Both the position numbers and the translations under genes were made by a program. A stretch of 64,000 bases of DNA, from NCBI GenBank assembly GCA_963765205.1, contig CAVXVB010000009.1, positions 352,001 to 416,000 on the forward strand, in the 5' to 3' direction. This document shows positions 37,400 through 48,098 of the stretch, piece by piece. Below the pieces are notes generated by a model, which searched no databases, was not told the origin of the DNA, and was given only the letters and a program-made list of their open reading frames with translations. The first letter of the stretch is position 1, and each line of letters opens with the position of its first letter. This stretch comes from an uncultured Verrucomicrobiae bacterium. GTDB taxonomy: Bacteria; Verrucomicrobiota; Verrucomicrobiia; Opitutales; JABDGR01.

Positions 37400-39493
37400 T
37401 TAATTTACCTCGGCGTGGCCATTGCTTTGATCCTGAGGCCCGAGCGGCGCCTCGGCCAGTTCGGCGGGCGGATCAAAGAGGGCGGAGTCAATTTCCTTTT
37501 GGCTCAGGTTCCAAATCAGGATCGTATGATTGATGTTGGCGTCGGGCGCGCGATGATGGCGCAGCCAGGCGCAGAGCCGGCCAAAGCGGAGGTTTTTGAA
37601 GGCAATGTATTCCGTGTTCCACTGGGCGGGCGGGTATTTCTTGAGCAAGTCGGCGAGTTGGGTGGGATCCTTGGCGGTCTGTTGGTAGATGCGCAGATTT
37701 TTCAAGCAGTCCTGGTAGGCAGCTTCATAAACTTTGTTCCACGGCCCGCGGGTTTTGGTGTAGAAACTTTGCAGCATGGTCGCGCTGATCGCATAGAGCC
37801 CGGCGTTTAAATTATATTGGCCGTCTTTCTGCCAGGCGGGGAAGGAAGGCAGCCGGGTGGATTTGATGCCGTAGTAATCAGGGTTGTCAGTGCCAAAATA
37901 GGAGAGATAAAGATTTTCCCGGTCATGGGGATTGTGTTGTTCGAGCCAGGTTTTCAGGCTCGGCAAATCCATGCCCCAATCGAGCGAGCTTTCCACCAGG
38001 TGTTGGTAGGCATGGGATGGCCCGCCGACAAAGGGGCTGAAGTAGGCGAGATAATTCGGGTAAATGGCCCAGGTATCCCCGGCATACAAGAGCAGCAGCA
38101 GGGCGGCCACCGTCCGCGCCCAATATTTGCGCTGCAACCACAGCCAGCCGACGGAACCACCGGCCAGGATATAGAGCGGGGGATAGATCGGCAGGATATA
38201 CCGGTGGGCGACATTAACGTTCTGGACGATAGCCACCAAAAGAAAGGCGGCGATCAAGACGAGATAGGGACCTAGGTCATAAAGCAACGCCAGGGAATGA
38301 GGGCCGGGGGGGTGGGTCGGATTGGTTTGCGCTTCCAGGCGCCGTCGCCGTCGTTTCCACCACCAACAGCCCGTGCCCAGAATCAGGATCGTAAACAATA
38401 TCGGGGAGGTCTTGGCCCAAATAGTGTAGGGGAAAAAGTCCCGCTTTCCGCCAAAAATCCACTGGCCGTTCATGAAGGACTCGCGCGTTTCATTATCCGT
38501 CAACAGCAGCTCCATTCCGTCCAGGTAGCCTTCGGGCAGGATGTGCCAGCGCCGTTCCCAAGCGAGAAAGGCCTGGACGGAGGGGCTCATGGGATTGCGG
38601 GGCGCGCGCGCCCTAGCTTGGACCGCCGGATTGGTGGGGTCAGGGTTGGAAGCGTAACGGAAATCATAGTGGGCCCACAAGCCGGCCCAGCACAAAAATC
38701 CAAACAGAAGAAAGAGGGCAGAAAAAATCAACAACTGCGCCGGGCGCGATTGAATCGTCCGGTGGCGGCCCACCCACCATTCAAGAGGCCGGCGGGAACA
38801 AATTTTGATCCCCACCAGCACTGCGGTGATGGGAAAGATGACCAAGGCGGTCGCTTTGGCCAGGAATAAGAGCGGCAGGAACACCAGGGCGGCGAGCAGC
38901 CGCCCCCAGCTAATCTGATGGAGTAGCCGCCAGACGCACCAAGTGGCGCCGAGCAGCGTCAAGCAAATGGACATGTCAGTCGAGACGACGCCGCCAAACG
39001 CCAGCATGTCTGGACTGAGGGCAAACAAGGCGAGCGAAAACAGGCCACCGATGACGCCGAACACTGCCTGCGAAAGGTAGAATACCAGCAGGCCGGCGGC
39101 CAGACCGAGCAAAACCACCATCGCGCGCCCTTCGAGCAGCAGCAGTTCCGGCGTGTTTCCTGACTCGAACAGGAATTTATAACCCAGCGCATACGGTTGG
39201 GCCGCGAGCCAATTAGGGTTGGTGGTGCTAAGAAAGGCCGGCTGGGAAATTAAATAGGGCAGCGTGGCCCAGCGTTTCACCAAGTCGCCGTTGGCACCCT
39301 CCATGCGAAAATCCTGGTGCAGCCAGATATTGTAGCCGACGGCCAACTCCTCGCCTTCGTCAAACGAAACGCCTTTGCTCGCCGATGCACTCAGCGCCAG
39401 TCCCGCATAAAGTGCCAGCAACCCCGCAACGATAGCCCAAGTCCAGCGCGGGCGGGTAGTGGCGGTGGGATTGGTGTCAGTGGCTGCAGTCAT
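37400..39493 (-). CDS. GT-C fold membrane glycosyltransferase (ArnT/PMT-like)
   Basis: SFDE after the first TM, many TMs, HRYILP, YLAYF...SSLDWG. Confidence 0.85.
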   Translation of the reverse strand: MTAATDTNPTATTRPRWTWAIVAGLLALYAGLALSASASKGVSFDEGEELAVGYNIWLHQDFRMEGANGDLVKRWATLPYLISQPAFLSTTNPNWLAAQPYALGYKFLFESGNTPELLLLEGRAMVVLLGLAAGLLVFYLSQAVFGVIGGLFSLALFALSPDMLAFGGVVSTDMSICLTLLGATWCVWRLLHQISWGRLLAALVFLPLLFLAKATALVIFPITAVLVGIKICSRRPLEWWVGRHRTIQSRPAQLLIFSALFLLFGFLCWAGLWAHYDFRYASNPDPTNPAVQARARAPRNPMSPSVQAFLAWERRWHILPEGYLDGMELLLTDNETRESFMNGQWIFGGKRDFFPYTIWAKTSPILFTILILGTGCWWWKRRRRRLEAQTNPTHPPGPHSLALLYDLGPYLVLIAAFLLVAIVQNVNVAHRYILPIYPPLYILAGGSVGWLWLQRKYWARTVAALLLLLYAGDTWAIYPNYLAYFSPFVGGPSHAYQHLVESSLDWGMDLPSLKTWLEQHNPHDRENLYLSYFGTDNPDYYGIKSTRLPSFPAWQKDGQYNLNAGLYAISATMLQSFYTKTRGPWNKVYEAAYQDCLKNLRIYQQTAKDPTQLADLLKKYPPAQWNTEYIAFKNLRFGRLCAWLRHHRAPDANINHTILIWNLSQKEIDSALFDPPAELAEAPLGPQDQSNGHAEVN

Positions 39494-39905
39494 GGATTCG
39501 ACGCCGTTGGGAGGCAAAGCAAGACCCAGTTAGCACCCAAGATACGGGATTAATGAGGTAGGTTCCTTATCGCCAAAAGAACCCAAAACCTTACTTCAAT
39601 CCGCAAAAAAATTGTAATAAATTCTAATTATATTCTTGCTTGCGTTTGAACCTATCCCAAGGGCATTAAGGATTGTGGTCGCGGAAGCAGGGTAATCGTT
39701 GTTGCACAAATTATATGAAAAAATAAAACGAGCTGTGTTAAGGATAAGATTAAGCTAGGTTTGACGCCGTAGCGAATTCATCGGGTCAAGGCCGGGTTCG
39801 GCAATGCAGCCGGGCGTTAAGCAGTGCGGCAGACGGCCCCGCACCGATCGAACTTAGCTCACTTTAGGCTTTATCATGGTTGGTAAAAACAGCTAGGGTA
39901 GATTG

Positions 39906-40598
39906 ATGCAGGTCTCTGTCATCGTCCCCGTTTACAATGAAGAACGCACCGTAGTCACGCTGCTTAAGCGCGTGCTGGCCGCAGGCATGAACTTGAAGGA
40001 GATCATCGTGATTGACGATGGCTCGAAGGATGCGACGCGGGACAAGGTAGCGGAACTGGCGGCAGCCGACCCGCGAGTGCGGTTGCTGCCGCAGCGGCAG
40101 AATTGCGGCAAGGGGGCGGCGTTGCGCGCGGGTTTCGCGGCGGCGACGGGCGACATCGTGGTCGTCCAGGACGCGGATTTGGAATACGACCCGGCGGAGT
40201 TGCCACGTCTGCTGCAGCCGATTATTGATGGCTCGGCGGACGCGGTGTTTGGGTCGCGGTTTATCGGCGGCGGCGCGCACCGGGTGCATCTGTTCTGGCA
40301 TATGGTTGGCAACCAGGTGCTCACGCTGCTTTCGAATATGTGCACCAACCTGAACCTCACGGACATGGAGTGCTGCTACAAGGCGTTCCGCCGCGAGGTG
40401 ATCCAGGGCCTCAAGCTCGAGGAGGATCGCTTCGGCTTCGAGCCGGAGGTGACGGCGAAAATCGCCAAGAAAAGGGTGCGGGTGTATGAGGTGGGCGTTT
40501 CCTATTTCGGGCGCACATATGCCGAGGGCAAAAAAATCGGCTGGAAGGACGGCTTCCGCGCGCTTTACTGCATCGTCAAATACAGCTTTTTCCAGTGA
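39906..40598 (+). CDS. GT2 polyprenol-phosphate glycosyltransferase
   Basis: VPVYNE, DDGSKD, GKGAA, QDADLEYDP, TDMECCYK. Confidence 0.93.
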   Translation: MQVSVIVPVYNEERTVVTLLKRVLAAGMNLKEIIVIDDGSKDATRDKVAELAAADPRVRLLPQRQNCGKGAALRAGFAAATGDIVVVQDADLEYDPAELPRLLQPIIDGSADAVFGSRFIGGGAHRVHLFWHMVGNQVLTLLSNMCTNLNLTDMECCYKAFRREVIQGLKLEEDRFGFEPEVTAKIAKKRVRVYEVGVSYFGRTYAEGKKIGWKDGFRALYCIVKYSFFQ

Positions 40599-42451
40599 AC
40601 GAGGACGCAGGCCTGCCTTCGCCCGCCGCGAACGCCCCGCGCGCGCGGCCCGGCTGGCCTGCGATTATACTGGCCCTAGCGGTGATGATTTACGGGGGGG
40701 GGTATCTCGCATGGTATCTGCAAACGCCGTTGGGCCACGCGCCGCAACTCGACGGCCAGGAGAATCTGGTGCTGGCCGCGCAAATCGCAACGGGCACGCT
40801 ACCGCATGAGCCGTTTTATCGCGCGATGCTTTACCCGGCGATGCTGGCCGTGCCGTTGAAATTGGGCGTGCCGGCGGAGAATTTGCCCGCGCTGGCTTCC
40901 GCGTTTGGACTGCTCTGCCATTTTGCGATCACGCTGGCGGTCAAGATTCTGGCAGCGCGGCTATGGCGCGGGCCACGGGCGCGCAGGGCAGCGTTGTTGG
41001 CGGCGGCGTTGTGGGGGTTGAATCCGGTGGCGTTGTATTACGCCGTGCAGGTGTTGGATGTCGTGCCCGCGCTGGCATTGTTCATGTGGGGTTTGGTAGG
41101 ATGGATGCGGCTCTCCGGACACATGAGCTATCGGCTGGTGGGAGGAATTTTCCTCGGCCTGGCGGTGGCGGCGCGGCCCCATTTTCTTCCGGTGCTTTTC
41201 GTTACGCCGCTGGCGCAGGCTTGGTATGCGGGCCGCTGTCGGCTGCGTTGGATTGATGTGTCAGCCTGGATTGGCGCTGCGCTGGGGCTGCTGATTTTGG
41301 GCATCGCGCAATGGCGGTGGGGCGGCGAGTTTCGTGTACTGCCGTGGCAGGGATCGTATAATTTTAATGCGGCGAACCAGCCGGGCGCGAATGGGAAATA
41401 CTATGTCCAGCAATTATATATGGCGGACTTGCCGCCGGGGGAGAATCCCGCGCGGGCGGAATCGGAATTGCTCTATGCGAAAGGCACCAGGCTGACGCCG
41501 CCGTTTTCCCCGGCGGCCATGGAGGCGTATTGGCGGCAGCAGGCCTGGGCGGCCATCGAGGCCAATCCCGGCGCGTGGTTGAAATTGATGGTCAAAAAAG
41601 TTTATTACCTGTTCAACAATTACGACCAGTATAACAACTTCACTTATGCTTGGCAGCAAGCGCAGTCGCCTTGGTTGGCGTGGAATTTTTTGGGTTGGGG
41701 CGTTTTGTTCGTGCTGGCGGCGCCGGTGATGCTCTTGGCTTGGGCACAGGCGCGCGGCGAGCCGGGGCGAAGCGCGCGGCTGGCAGGGTTCGGCCTGATT
41801 TTTTTCGTCTACGCGGGCGGGGTGGTGCTTTATTACGCGAGCGGCAGATTTCGGCTGCCGCTGCTGCCGTTGCTGTGCGTCATCGCGGGTGGTCTGGGTG
41901 CGGTCCAGGACTGGAAGCGCGGTCGGTGGCCGGCGATCATCGCCGCCTTGGTCGCAGGAGGGTTGACTTTTTCCAATTTCTTCAACGCGCGCGATGAATC
42001 CACTTTTATTCAGGATGAGATGTTGACGGCCAATGCGGCGTCCACCATCGGGGATGATGCGCAGGCTTATGCGCTGGCGGAGGAGGGCTTGCAGCGCGAT
42101 GCGGCGCGTTCCGACCTGCGGCGGATTGCGGTCATTAGTTTTTTCAACCTGACGCTGGCCGACGGCGCGCAGTATGACACGGCGGCCGGCTGGCAAAAAA
42201 CGGCGAAGGAATTACAGGGTTTGGAATTGCGCGACGCGACGCTCGTGCTGGTGGCGGGTGTGGCGGCGTGGAAAACCGGCGACCCGGCGCAGGCGGAGAA
42301 AATCTGGCAGGCGGGAGTGGACCGGCTGGGCGTGAGTTCGTCGCCGGCGGGTTTTCTAGCTGCTTCGCAGTTCCTGCGCGAGGCGGCGCCGGTCGGAGCA
42401 CCGACGCCGGATCCGCAAATTCTCGATTACCTCAAAAAGGTTCCCCGTTAA
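40595..42451 (+). CDS. Membrane glycosyltransferase-like (GT-C) protein with C-terminal TPR-like region
   Basis: PFYR..LYP, ARP, RFRLP motifs; multiple TMs. Confidence 0.75.
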   Translation: MNEDAGLPSPAANAPRARPGWPAIILALAVMIYGGGYLAWYLQTPLGHAPQLDGQENLVLAAQIATGTLPHEPFYRAMLYPAMLAVPLKLGVPAENLPALASAFGLLCHFAITLAVKILAARLWRGPRARRAALLAAALWGLNPVALYYAVQVLDVVPALALFMWGLVGWMRLSGHMSYRLVGGIFLGLAVAARPHFLPVLFVTPLAQAWYAGRCRLRWIDVSAWIGAALGLLILGIAQWRWGGEFRVLPWQGSYNFNAANQPGANGKYYVQQLYMADLPPGENPARAESELLYAKGTRLTPPFSPAAMEAYWRQQAWAAIEANPGAWLKLMVKKVYYLFNNYDQYNNFTYAWQQAQSPWLAWNFLGWGVLFVLAAPVMLLAWAQARGEPGRSARLAGFGLIFFVYAGGVVLYYASGRFRLPLLPLLCVIAGGLGAVQDWKRGRWPAIIAALVAGGLTFSNFFNARDESTFIQDEMLTANAASTIGDDAQAYALAEEGLQRDAARSDLRRIAVISFFNLTLADGAQYDTAAGWQKTAKELQGLELRDATLVLVAGVAAWKTGDPAQAEKIWQAGVDRLGVSSSPAGFLAASQFLREAAPVGAPTPDPQILDYLKKVPR

Positions 42452-43044
42452 CGACGCGAGCCAGGCTGGTCTTCCTTGCGGGCGGCACACCAATTGGGCG
42501 GGTTTTGCAATTCGGGGCGCAGCACGCCGATGCAGGGGAGGTTGCGGTAGCGCTCGGCAAAATCCAGGCCATAGCCGACGACGAAATGATCGGGAATCGT
42601 AAAGCCGACGAAATCGGGGGTGACGCGGACTTGTTTGCGGCGTTTTTTGTTCAGCAGCACGCAGGTGTGGAGCGACGCGGGCTTTTGGGCGCGCAGAATG
42701 CGAGTGACTTTGTCGAGGGTGCGCCCGGTGTCGAGGATGTCGTCAATGAGCAGGACGTGCTGCTGGGTGAGGTCGAGGCGGATTTGGTCAATGATTTCCG
42801 GCTCGGTGACGGGGCGGTCTTCGTCCTTGTAGGAGGAAACGCGCACGCAATCGAGGCGCACATGGAGGTCGAGGTGCCGCAGCAAATCGGCGGCGAACAT
42901 GATGGAGCCGTTGGTGATGCAGATGGCGCTGATCTCTTCGGCGCCGAGTTTGCGGTAAAGGTCCGTGAGCTGGCCGCCCAGCTCGGCGATGCGATGGCGG
43001 ATTTCCTCTTCGGAGACGACGACTTGGGCTAAGTCAATTTTCAT
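42448..43044 (-). CDS. hpt: Hypoxanthine phosphoribosyltransferase
   Basis: [25 protein letters not shown]...YRNLP. Confidence 0.95.
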   Translation of the reverse strand: MKIDLAQVVVSEEEIRHRIAELGGQLTDLYRKLGAEEISAICITNGSIMFAADLLRHLDLHVRLDCVRVSSYKDEDRPVTEPEIIDQIRLDLTQQHVLLIDDILDTGRTLDKVTRILRAQKPASLHTCVLLNKKRRKQVRVTPDFVGFTIPDHFVVGYGLDFAERYRNLPCIGVLRPELQNPPNWCAARKEDQPGSRR

Positions 43045-43802
43045 GGTGCTTTGGAAGCCAGAACAGGTGGGAATTTGGCGCGGGCGGCTTTGAGGGCGGC
43101 CTCGAGGCGGACGGCGAGGGTGTCGCCGGGCGGCGGGGGCACGGCGGCCGCTTGGGTGAAGAGTTGGACACAGGTGGCGTCGCCGTGGTTGAGGGCGAAC
43201 AGGCCGTCATAGTAATAGATGTCGCGCAGGGTGTCGGAGGAAAAATCCTTGGGGTTGGTCTGGAAGCGCTGGAGCAGCCAGGCGAAATCGTCGCGCGCGG
43301 TTTGCTCGCGGTCGAGGAAGGCGGGGACTTGGGAGGAATTCAGCGCGCGCACGACGCGGGCACCCACGTTGTCGGGCGCGGCCTTGACGGCGGCGTCCAT
43401 GTAGTTGAAGCCGTCATGCACCCAGCTCAGTTTGGTGAAGATGGAGGCGAATTGGGCGTAAATGGTGCAGGCGTTGCCGTAATCGGCGAAAACTTCGGCG
43501 TCCTGGGGAAGGTCCTCATGCAGGGCCTTGAACAGTTTCACCGCGGCGTCGGCAGCGTCTTCGTCGCCATCAGCGCCAAGGTCGCAGAGGATTTCGCCCA
43601 AGTGCTGGCGGAGGGTTTTGTTCTTGGGGTCGGCGGCAAGGGCTTTTTCCGTCTTGGCCCGTTCAGTCTTGGCTGCGGCGATTTGCACCTCGGGTGTTTT
43701 GGGCGGTGTGTAGTCGTCCGCGCGCAATCCCGGCGCGGCGGCCAAGGCCGCGCCAAGGCCGCAAGCCAGCGCAAAGGCCGCGCGGTGAACGGGACGGAAC
43801 AT
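43041..43802 (-). CDS. Secreted TPR-like hypothetical protein
   Basis: Signal peptide; helical, [11 protein letters not shown]. Confidence 0.75.
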   Translation of the reverse strand: MFRPVHRAAFALACGLGAALAAAPGLRADDYTPPKTPEVQIAAAKTERAKTEKALAADPKNKTLRQHLGEILCDLGADGDEDAADAAVKLFKALHEDLPQDAEVFADYGNACTIYAQFASIFTKLSWVHDGFNYMDAAVKAAPDNVGARVVRALNSSQVPAFLDREQTARDDFAWLLQRFQTNPKDFSSDTLRDIYYYDGLFALNHGDATCVQLFTQAAAVPPPPGDTLAVRLEAALKAARAKFPPVLASKAP

Positions 43803-43939
43803 CCCAGTAAACAATCGGGCGGGGGGGCCAGGAGTCAAGATTCTAACGCCGCAAGGCAGGCTGGCGTATGTGACAATTCAAAGGCGGAACCGACGAATGG
43901 TTTTGACTTGGCGCGGCGGAGGTCGTCACTTTTCAGGCC

Positions 43940-45040
43940 ATGATTGCCGTGCACATGGAAAACCTGGTGAAGCGTTTTGGGCCGGTCGCGGCGCTCAACG
44001 GCGTGGACTTGACTGTCGAGCAGGGCGAGCTTTTTTTCCTGCTCGGCCCGAGCGGGGCGGGCAAGACGACGCTCTTGCGCTGCCTGGCGGGTTTGACGCT
44101 GCCGGACGAGGGGCGCATCTGGTTTGGCGACGAGGAGGTCACGCGTCTGGAGCCGAATCTGCGCCAGACGGGCATGGTTTTCCAGAATTACGCGCTATGG
44201 CCGCATTTGAGTGTGGCCGATAATATCGGCTTCGGCCTCAAGCAGCAGCGGCGGCCGCGCGAGGAAATTGCCGAGCGGGTGGGCGAGGCGCTGGCGGCGG
44301 TGCGCCTGACGGGGCAGGAGGCCGCGCGCGTCCAGCAACTTTCTGGCGGGCAGCAGCAGCGTGTCGCTCTCGCGCGGGCTTTCGTCACGCGGCCACGCTG
44401 CCTGTTGCTCGACGAGCCCCTGTCAAACCTTGATGCGCGATTGCGTCAGGAATTGCGGGCGGAAATCCGGCGCATTTGCAAAGAGTCCGGACTGACGACG
44501 ATCTATGTGACTCACGACCAGAAGGAGGCGCTCTCGCTGGGCGACCGTGTCGCGGTGCTGGTTGAGGGGCGGGTGCGACAGGTCGGGCCGCCGCGCGAAG
44601 TCTATCGCCGGCCGCGGGACCGGTTTGTGGCGGACTTTATCGGCGAGACGAATTTACTCGAAGGTGAAGTGCGGGAGGTCGGCGCGGGCGCGGCCTGGGT
44701 GCGCACGAGCGCCGGTGATTTTCAGGGCGCGCTGGCCGACCCCGCAGTCGAGCCTGCCGTGGGTGCCAAAGTTTTATTGTCCATTCGGCCCGAGGTGCTG
44801 CGGTTGCTCGACGAGCCGGCGGAGGAAAACACGCTGACTGGGCGCATCGGTGGGGTCACGTATTTCGGCGACAGCGCGTTGTTCGAGTTCGAGGCGGTGG
44901 GGCGGGATGGTTTGGCGCTCACGCTGCCGCGTCTGCGCATTTGCGAGCTGAACCCGCGCTCGTGGGAGGGACGCTGCAAGAAAACTCTTTTTGCGTATGC
45001 GGATGCCGATGATGTGGTCGTGCTGCCGGTGGCTGGATGA
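43940..45040 (+). CDS. ABC importer ATPase (PotA/FbpC-like, TOBE domain)
   Basis: GPSGAGKTT, FQNYALWPH, LSGGQQQR, FVADFIG. Confidence 0.94.
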   Translation: MIAVHMENLVKRFGPVAALNGVDLTVEQGELFFLLGPSGAGKTTLLRCLAGLTLPDEGRIWFGDEEVTRLEPNLRQTGMVFQNYALWPHLSVADNIGFGLKQQRRPREEIAERVGEALAAVRLTGQEAARVQQLSGGQQQRVALARAFVTRPRCLLLDEPLSNLDARLRQELRAEIRRICKESGLTTIYVTHDQKEALSLGDRVAVLVEGRVRQVGPPREVYRRPRDRFVADFIGETNLLEGEVREVGAGAAWVRTSAGDFQGALADPAVEPAVGAKVLLSIRPEVLRLLDEPAEENTLTGRIGGVTYFGDSALFEFEAVGRDGLALTLPRLRICELNPRSWEGRCKKTLFAYADADDVVVLPVAG

Positions 45041-45092
45041 TCGCCCGAGTTGGGACTTGCCGGATGAGGAGATAAGGGCAAAATCATGCCGC

Positions 45093-45740
45093 ATGGAGGC
45101 TCCTTGCCAGGAAAAGGTAATTGCGCCGGCCAACCGCATTTGGCGGGATGGCGAGGGCTTGGTCTTGTCCAAGAAAGCACCGGCGCGGCTGCCGGCGCGC
45201 TGCGTGAAGTGCAACGCGCCCGCGGCGGACGGCGAAGTCACGCGGCAGGTATATTGGATACCGAGTAAGTATCACAAAACCAATCAACTGCTTGATTTCC
45301 TCATTTTATTTTTCCCGGTCAACGGTCTGGTGGGGGTTGCGATCGTCCGCACGCTGACGGAATATAAAGTGACGCCGGTCGTCTATTGTGTTTGCCGAAC
45401 GCATCAAGCCCGGCGTCGCCGGGCGATATGGATAATGGCCGCGCTTTGTGTGGGGTTTGTCTGCGCCGAGTCTTTGCTTATAGCCCTAATCCAAAGCAAT
45501 CACCCAATTTATGCACAATACCCAATGCCGGTAAAGATACTCGCCGTGCTGATGCCGGTTTGCGCGCTATTATCGCTGCTTTATGGCGCGGTGGCGACAC
45601 GCCGGATTTTCCCGCTGGGAACCCAGGATCGGGATGACGACATCATGAAACTGGGTGGTTTTGGTTCTGAATTCATCGAGGGATTTCCCGATTACCAAAA
45701 TGAGTTGGCGGACTGGAATAACAATCCGGTGGCGAACTGA
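45093..45740 (+). CDS. Hypothetical membrane protein
   Basis: LPARCVKCN...CRTH plus TM helices. Confidence 0.65.
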   Translation: MEAPCQEKVIAPANRIWRDGEGLVLSKKAPARLPARCVKCNAPAADGEVTRQVYWIPSKYHKTNQLLDFLILFFPVNGLVGVAIVRTLTEYKVTPVVYCVCRTHQARRRRAIWIMAALCVGFVCAESLLIALIQSNHPIYAQYPMPVKILAVLMPVCALLSLLYGAVATRRIFPLGTQDRDDDIMKLGGFGSEFIEGFPDYQNELADWNNNPVAN

Positions 45741-45748
45741 ATTGGGCG

Positions 45749-46717
45749 ATGTTTACGGCCAGACAATATTACCGGGGTTGGGCGGCACTGCTGGCGTTGG
45801 CGCTGGCGTGGGCGGGCTGTGGTAAACCGGCAATTGCGCCGATGGATTTGCCTGCGGGCACGAATGTCACCACCCTGACAGATGGCGCGGGGCGCATCGT
45901 GCAAATTCCGGCGACGCCGCGACGCATCGTGAGTTTGTCGCCGGCGGCGACCGATATTTTGGAAATCTCGTTGAACGCCCATGCCGAGGTGGCGGGGGTG
46001 ACGCGCTATTGCCACATTCCAGCGGAGGATGAAAAGCGCGTCGCCCGCGTCGGCGGGGTGGTGGACCCGGATTACGAGCGCATCCTGGCGCTCCAGCCTG
46101 ACTTGGTGATAGCGCCATGGCTGGCGGACAAAACTTTGCAGGAGAAGTTGCAGGCGCTGGGCTTGCCGGTCGTGGTCTTGCATCCGGAAGGATTGCAGGG
46201 TGTGCTTGATGACCTGCGGATGTTGGGGCAGGCGACGGGACACGCCGCTGCGGGTGAGGCCACCGCTAAAAAGATCGACGACATTCGCGCGCTGACCGCA
46301 AGCCGGTGGGGGAGCGTGCCGGAGAACCAGCGTCCGCGCGTGCTGATCCGCATGGGCGACACCAGCCCCGCGCCGGGTTCTTATGTGGATGATTTATTGA
46401 CGGCGGCGGGTGGGCGCAATGTGTTGCTGCGCGGGTCGAAGGCGTGGGTCGAGGTTTCGTCGGAAGGCGCGCTGCAATTGGCGCCCGACGTCATTGTGGA
46501 TATTCTTGAGCCGGACTCGCCTGCGCCGGCCATGGGGTTGGAAAAATCGGCGGCGGACGGAGGCGTGCGGGTCGTGACTATCAGCGCGGGGGATGAATTT
46601 TATCGTCCCGGGCCGAGCGTGGGTGTGGCGTTGTGGGAATTGGCGCGAGTGCTCGATCCGACGCAGTTCCCCGAAGCCACCCCACCCGTCGGCGACCAAA
46701 CAGTGCCGACGCGGTGA
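45749..46717 (+). CDS. BtuF/FhuD-type substrate-binding lipoprotein
   Basis: WAGC lipobox, PRRIVSLSP, ERILALQPDLV, RPGP. Confidence 0.9.
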   Translation: MFTARQYYRGWAALLALALAWAGCGKPAIAPMDLPAGTNVTTLTDGAGRIVQIPATPRRIVSLSPAATDILEISLNAHAEVAGVTRYCHIPAEDEKRVARVGGVVDPDYERILALQPDLVIAPWLADKTLQEKLQALGLPVVVLHPEGLQGVLDDLRMLGQATGHAAAGEATAKKIDDIRALTASRWGSVPENQRPRVLIRMGDTSPAPGSYVDDLLTAAGGRNVLLRGSKAWVEVSSEGALQLAPDVIVDILEPDSPAPAMGLEKSAADGGVRVVTISAGDEFYRPGPSVGVALWELARVLDPTQFPEATPPVGDQTVPTR

Positions 46718-46727
46718 CCGGGAGAAG

Positions 46728-46919
46728 CTACTGTATTTTTGCGCCGCGCGCCTTGAGATGGCGGGCGATAGCGCGCACCACCATTTCGCGAAAGCGCCCC
46801 GTGTGCGGCAAATCCTTGGTAACGGATTCCAAATCAATTTCGACGCCGGTAAGGTCTTGAGGCAAGGCCAGAGCTTGCAGCCAGACGGTCGCTGTTTGTT
46901 TGGCGTCTTTCCAGGACAT
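46728..46919 (-). CDS. Small hypothetical protein
   Basis: 63-aa ORF MSWKDAK... below an AT-rich repeat-bearing upstream region. Confidence 0.5.
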   Translation of the reverse strand: MSWKDAKQTATVWLQALALPQDLTGVEIDLESVTKDLPHTGRFREMVVRAIARHLKARGAKIQ

Positions 46920-46964
46920 TTTGGGAGCAGGTGGTTGTAAAAAAATGCTGGACGAGAAGATCAA

Positions 46965-47032
46965 AAACTAGGGGATATTTGTCTATAAACTAGGTGTTTA
47001 TACTGGATGAACTAGGTGTTAATACCTAGTTT
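46965..47032. promoter_or_regulatory. Repeated AACTAGG sites including a perfect palindrome
   Basis: AACTAGGG, AACTAGGTGTTTATAC, AACTAGGT-GTTAAT-ACCTAGTT. Confidence 0.6.
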
Positions 47033-47176
47033 GTCAAATGGTCTTTTTGTTAAAAATTTAGCAAAAACTTCATCTTCATTGTGGTTGGCATTACGCGCTC
47101 TACTTAGTCTGGTTTAGAGCCGGGGTGGACTTGGTGGAAACTTGCCAGCGGCGGTTAGGGGCGCTAGTGTGCGATC

Positions 47177-48082
47177 ATGCCGAGGAGTTTTATTCGTCGA
47201 AACTACGGCCCATGGCTTTGGCCAGGGGTGGTGGCCGGGCTGTTGGCAGGGGTGGTTTCTGCGCGCGGGCAGGATGTGACGGTGCAGGTGGTCGCCGCCG
47301 ACCCCAAAGCTTACACCCTGACCGTCAAGGGCGCGGGGTTGCCGGAGCCGGGCAAGGATGGCACCGAGGTCGTGAAAGTGACGGAGGGGGACGCCGAGGT
47401 GGGGTATGCGGGCCACCGTGTGCAGGGCGAGTTGAGCAAAAGCGGCGGCCTATGGCGGCTCGACAATATCTGGCCGGCCGACCCGGCGATGACTAACGCG
47501 GCGGCGGACGGTTCGGCGCAGATGCAACGCGACTTGGTTGAATTGGGCCGCCAGTCCATCCGTGGCGTGGGTGATACATTGCCGGCTTTTGCGCTCTACA
47601 ACCAGAATGGCGAAGTGGTGCGGCCGCAGACGCTGCGCGGTCGGCGGCTGGTCATCAATTTCATTTTCACGCGCTGCGCCAACCCGACCATGTGCCCGGC
47701 CAACACCCAGCGCATGGCCAAATTGCAAAAGGAGGTCAAGGCAGCGAAAATTGACAACGTCACCTTCGTCACCGTCACGATTGATCCGGAGCACGACACG
47801 CCGGGCGCGTTGCGCCAATACGCCGACGACTACAACCTGGATTTGAGCAATTTCCAACTCCTGACCGGGCCGGCAGATGAAGTGGCGGCCGCGCTCCAGC
47901 AATTCGGCATCCTCGTCAAGCAGGAGAACGGCACACTGCTCCACACGCTCGCCTTGTTGATCGTCAGCCCGGAAGGGCGGATCGTGTATCGCAAGGATGG
48001 CGACCTGTGGCTGGTGAGTGAAGTATTTGACCGACTGAAACCGCCCGCGCCTGCGCCGGCGGCCAAACCAGCGGGGAGTTAG
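47177..48082 (+). CDS. SCO1/SenC-family protein
   Basis: NFIFTRCANPTMCP, TIDPEHDTP, LLTG, conserved His (LLHT). Confidence 0.9.
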   Translation: MPRSFIRRNYGPWLWPGVVAGLLAGVVSARGQDVTVQVVAADPKAYTLTVKGAGLPEPGKDGTEVVKVTEGDAEVGYAGHRVQGELSKSGGLWRLDNIWPADPAMTNAAADGSAQMQRDLVELGRQSIRGVGDTLPAFALYNQNGEVVRPQTLRGRRLVINFIFTRCANPTMCPANTQRMAKLQKEVKAAKIDNVTFVTVTIDPEHDTPGALRQYADDYNLDLSNFQLLTGPADEVAAALQQFGILVKQENGTLLHTLALLIVSPEGRIVYRKDGDLWLVSEVFDRLKPPAPAPAAKPAGS

Positions 48083-48098
48083 GCTGAATCTGATACTC

